DNA of 63,962 nucleotides, the filler included, from Conidiobolus incongruus B7586 (taxonomy: Eukaryota), in the NCBI GenBank assembly GCA_000697335.1. It is 9 parts of 9 records of this genome, joined end to end, with 100 filler letters (N's around TTAATTAATTAA, not from the genome) between each part and the next. Parts side by side here need not be neighbours in the genome. Positions count along the whole stretch, not along the records: positions 62,341 to 63,962 come from JNEM01000195.1; 8 more parts are not named here. One strand, 5' to 3'. The notes under the pieces are model-generated. The model did not search any database and was not told the origin of the DNA. It worked only from the letters and a program-made list of their open reading frames with translations. Each line of letters opens with the position of its first letter. Within the stretch, counting starts at the first letter, position 1. The translations under genes and the position numbers were made by a program. Shown one piece after another: positions 63,817-63,962 of this stretch.

Positions 63817-63962
63817 TTAAATATTAAAGGTTAATATTTTTGCTAATAGTTTACTAAATATATCTAAATATATTTATTTATTATCAAATAATACACCTTA
63901 ATTATATATTATAGTTTCAAGTAATCTAATATATATAACTGTTTTAATTATTAATTAAAATA

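Overview
Very AT-rich, gene-sparse eukaryotic draft scaffold with short GT-AG introns and eight 100-nt assembly gaps, each carrying a TTAATTAATTAA linker. Gene content and style suggest an early-diverging fungus, possibly Conidiobolus/Entomophthoromycotina-like (inference). I can support 13 protein genes: two MFS drug:H+ antiporters, a G-protein alpha subunit, PIS1, a GEP4-like PGP phosphatase, C1D/Rrp47, two divergently oriented rhodopsin-class 7TM receptor paralogs, the QTRT2 queuine-tRNA-ribosyltransferase accessory subunit (5' end lost in a gap), a membrane GT2 glycosyltransferase, a PAK/Ste20-like kinase, and two tandem kelch-repeat single-pass membrane proteins. There are also tRNA-Ser(CGA), tRNA-Trp(CCA) and several repeat relics. 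Highlights: (1) a 301-bp solo LTR 10 bp upstream of tRNA-Trp, suggesting Ty3-like Pol III-targeted integration; (2) a PAK with two tandem CRIB domains and degenerate catalytic motifs (DFN, HRDLN); (3) an opsin-like class-A GPCR pair lacking the retinal lysine, about 10 kb from a G-alpha gene; (4) PIS1 and GEP4 tail-to-tail with 7 bp between stop codons; (5) transition-eroded, RIP-like repeats and a TIR transposon relic.
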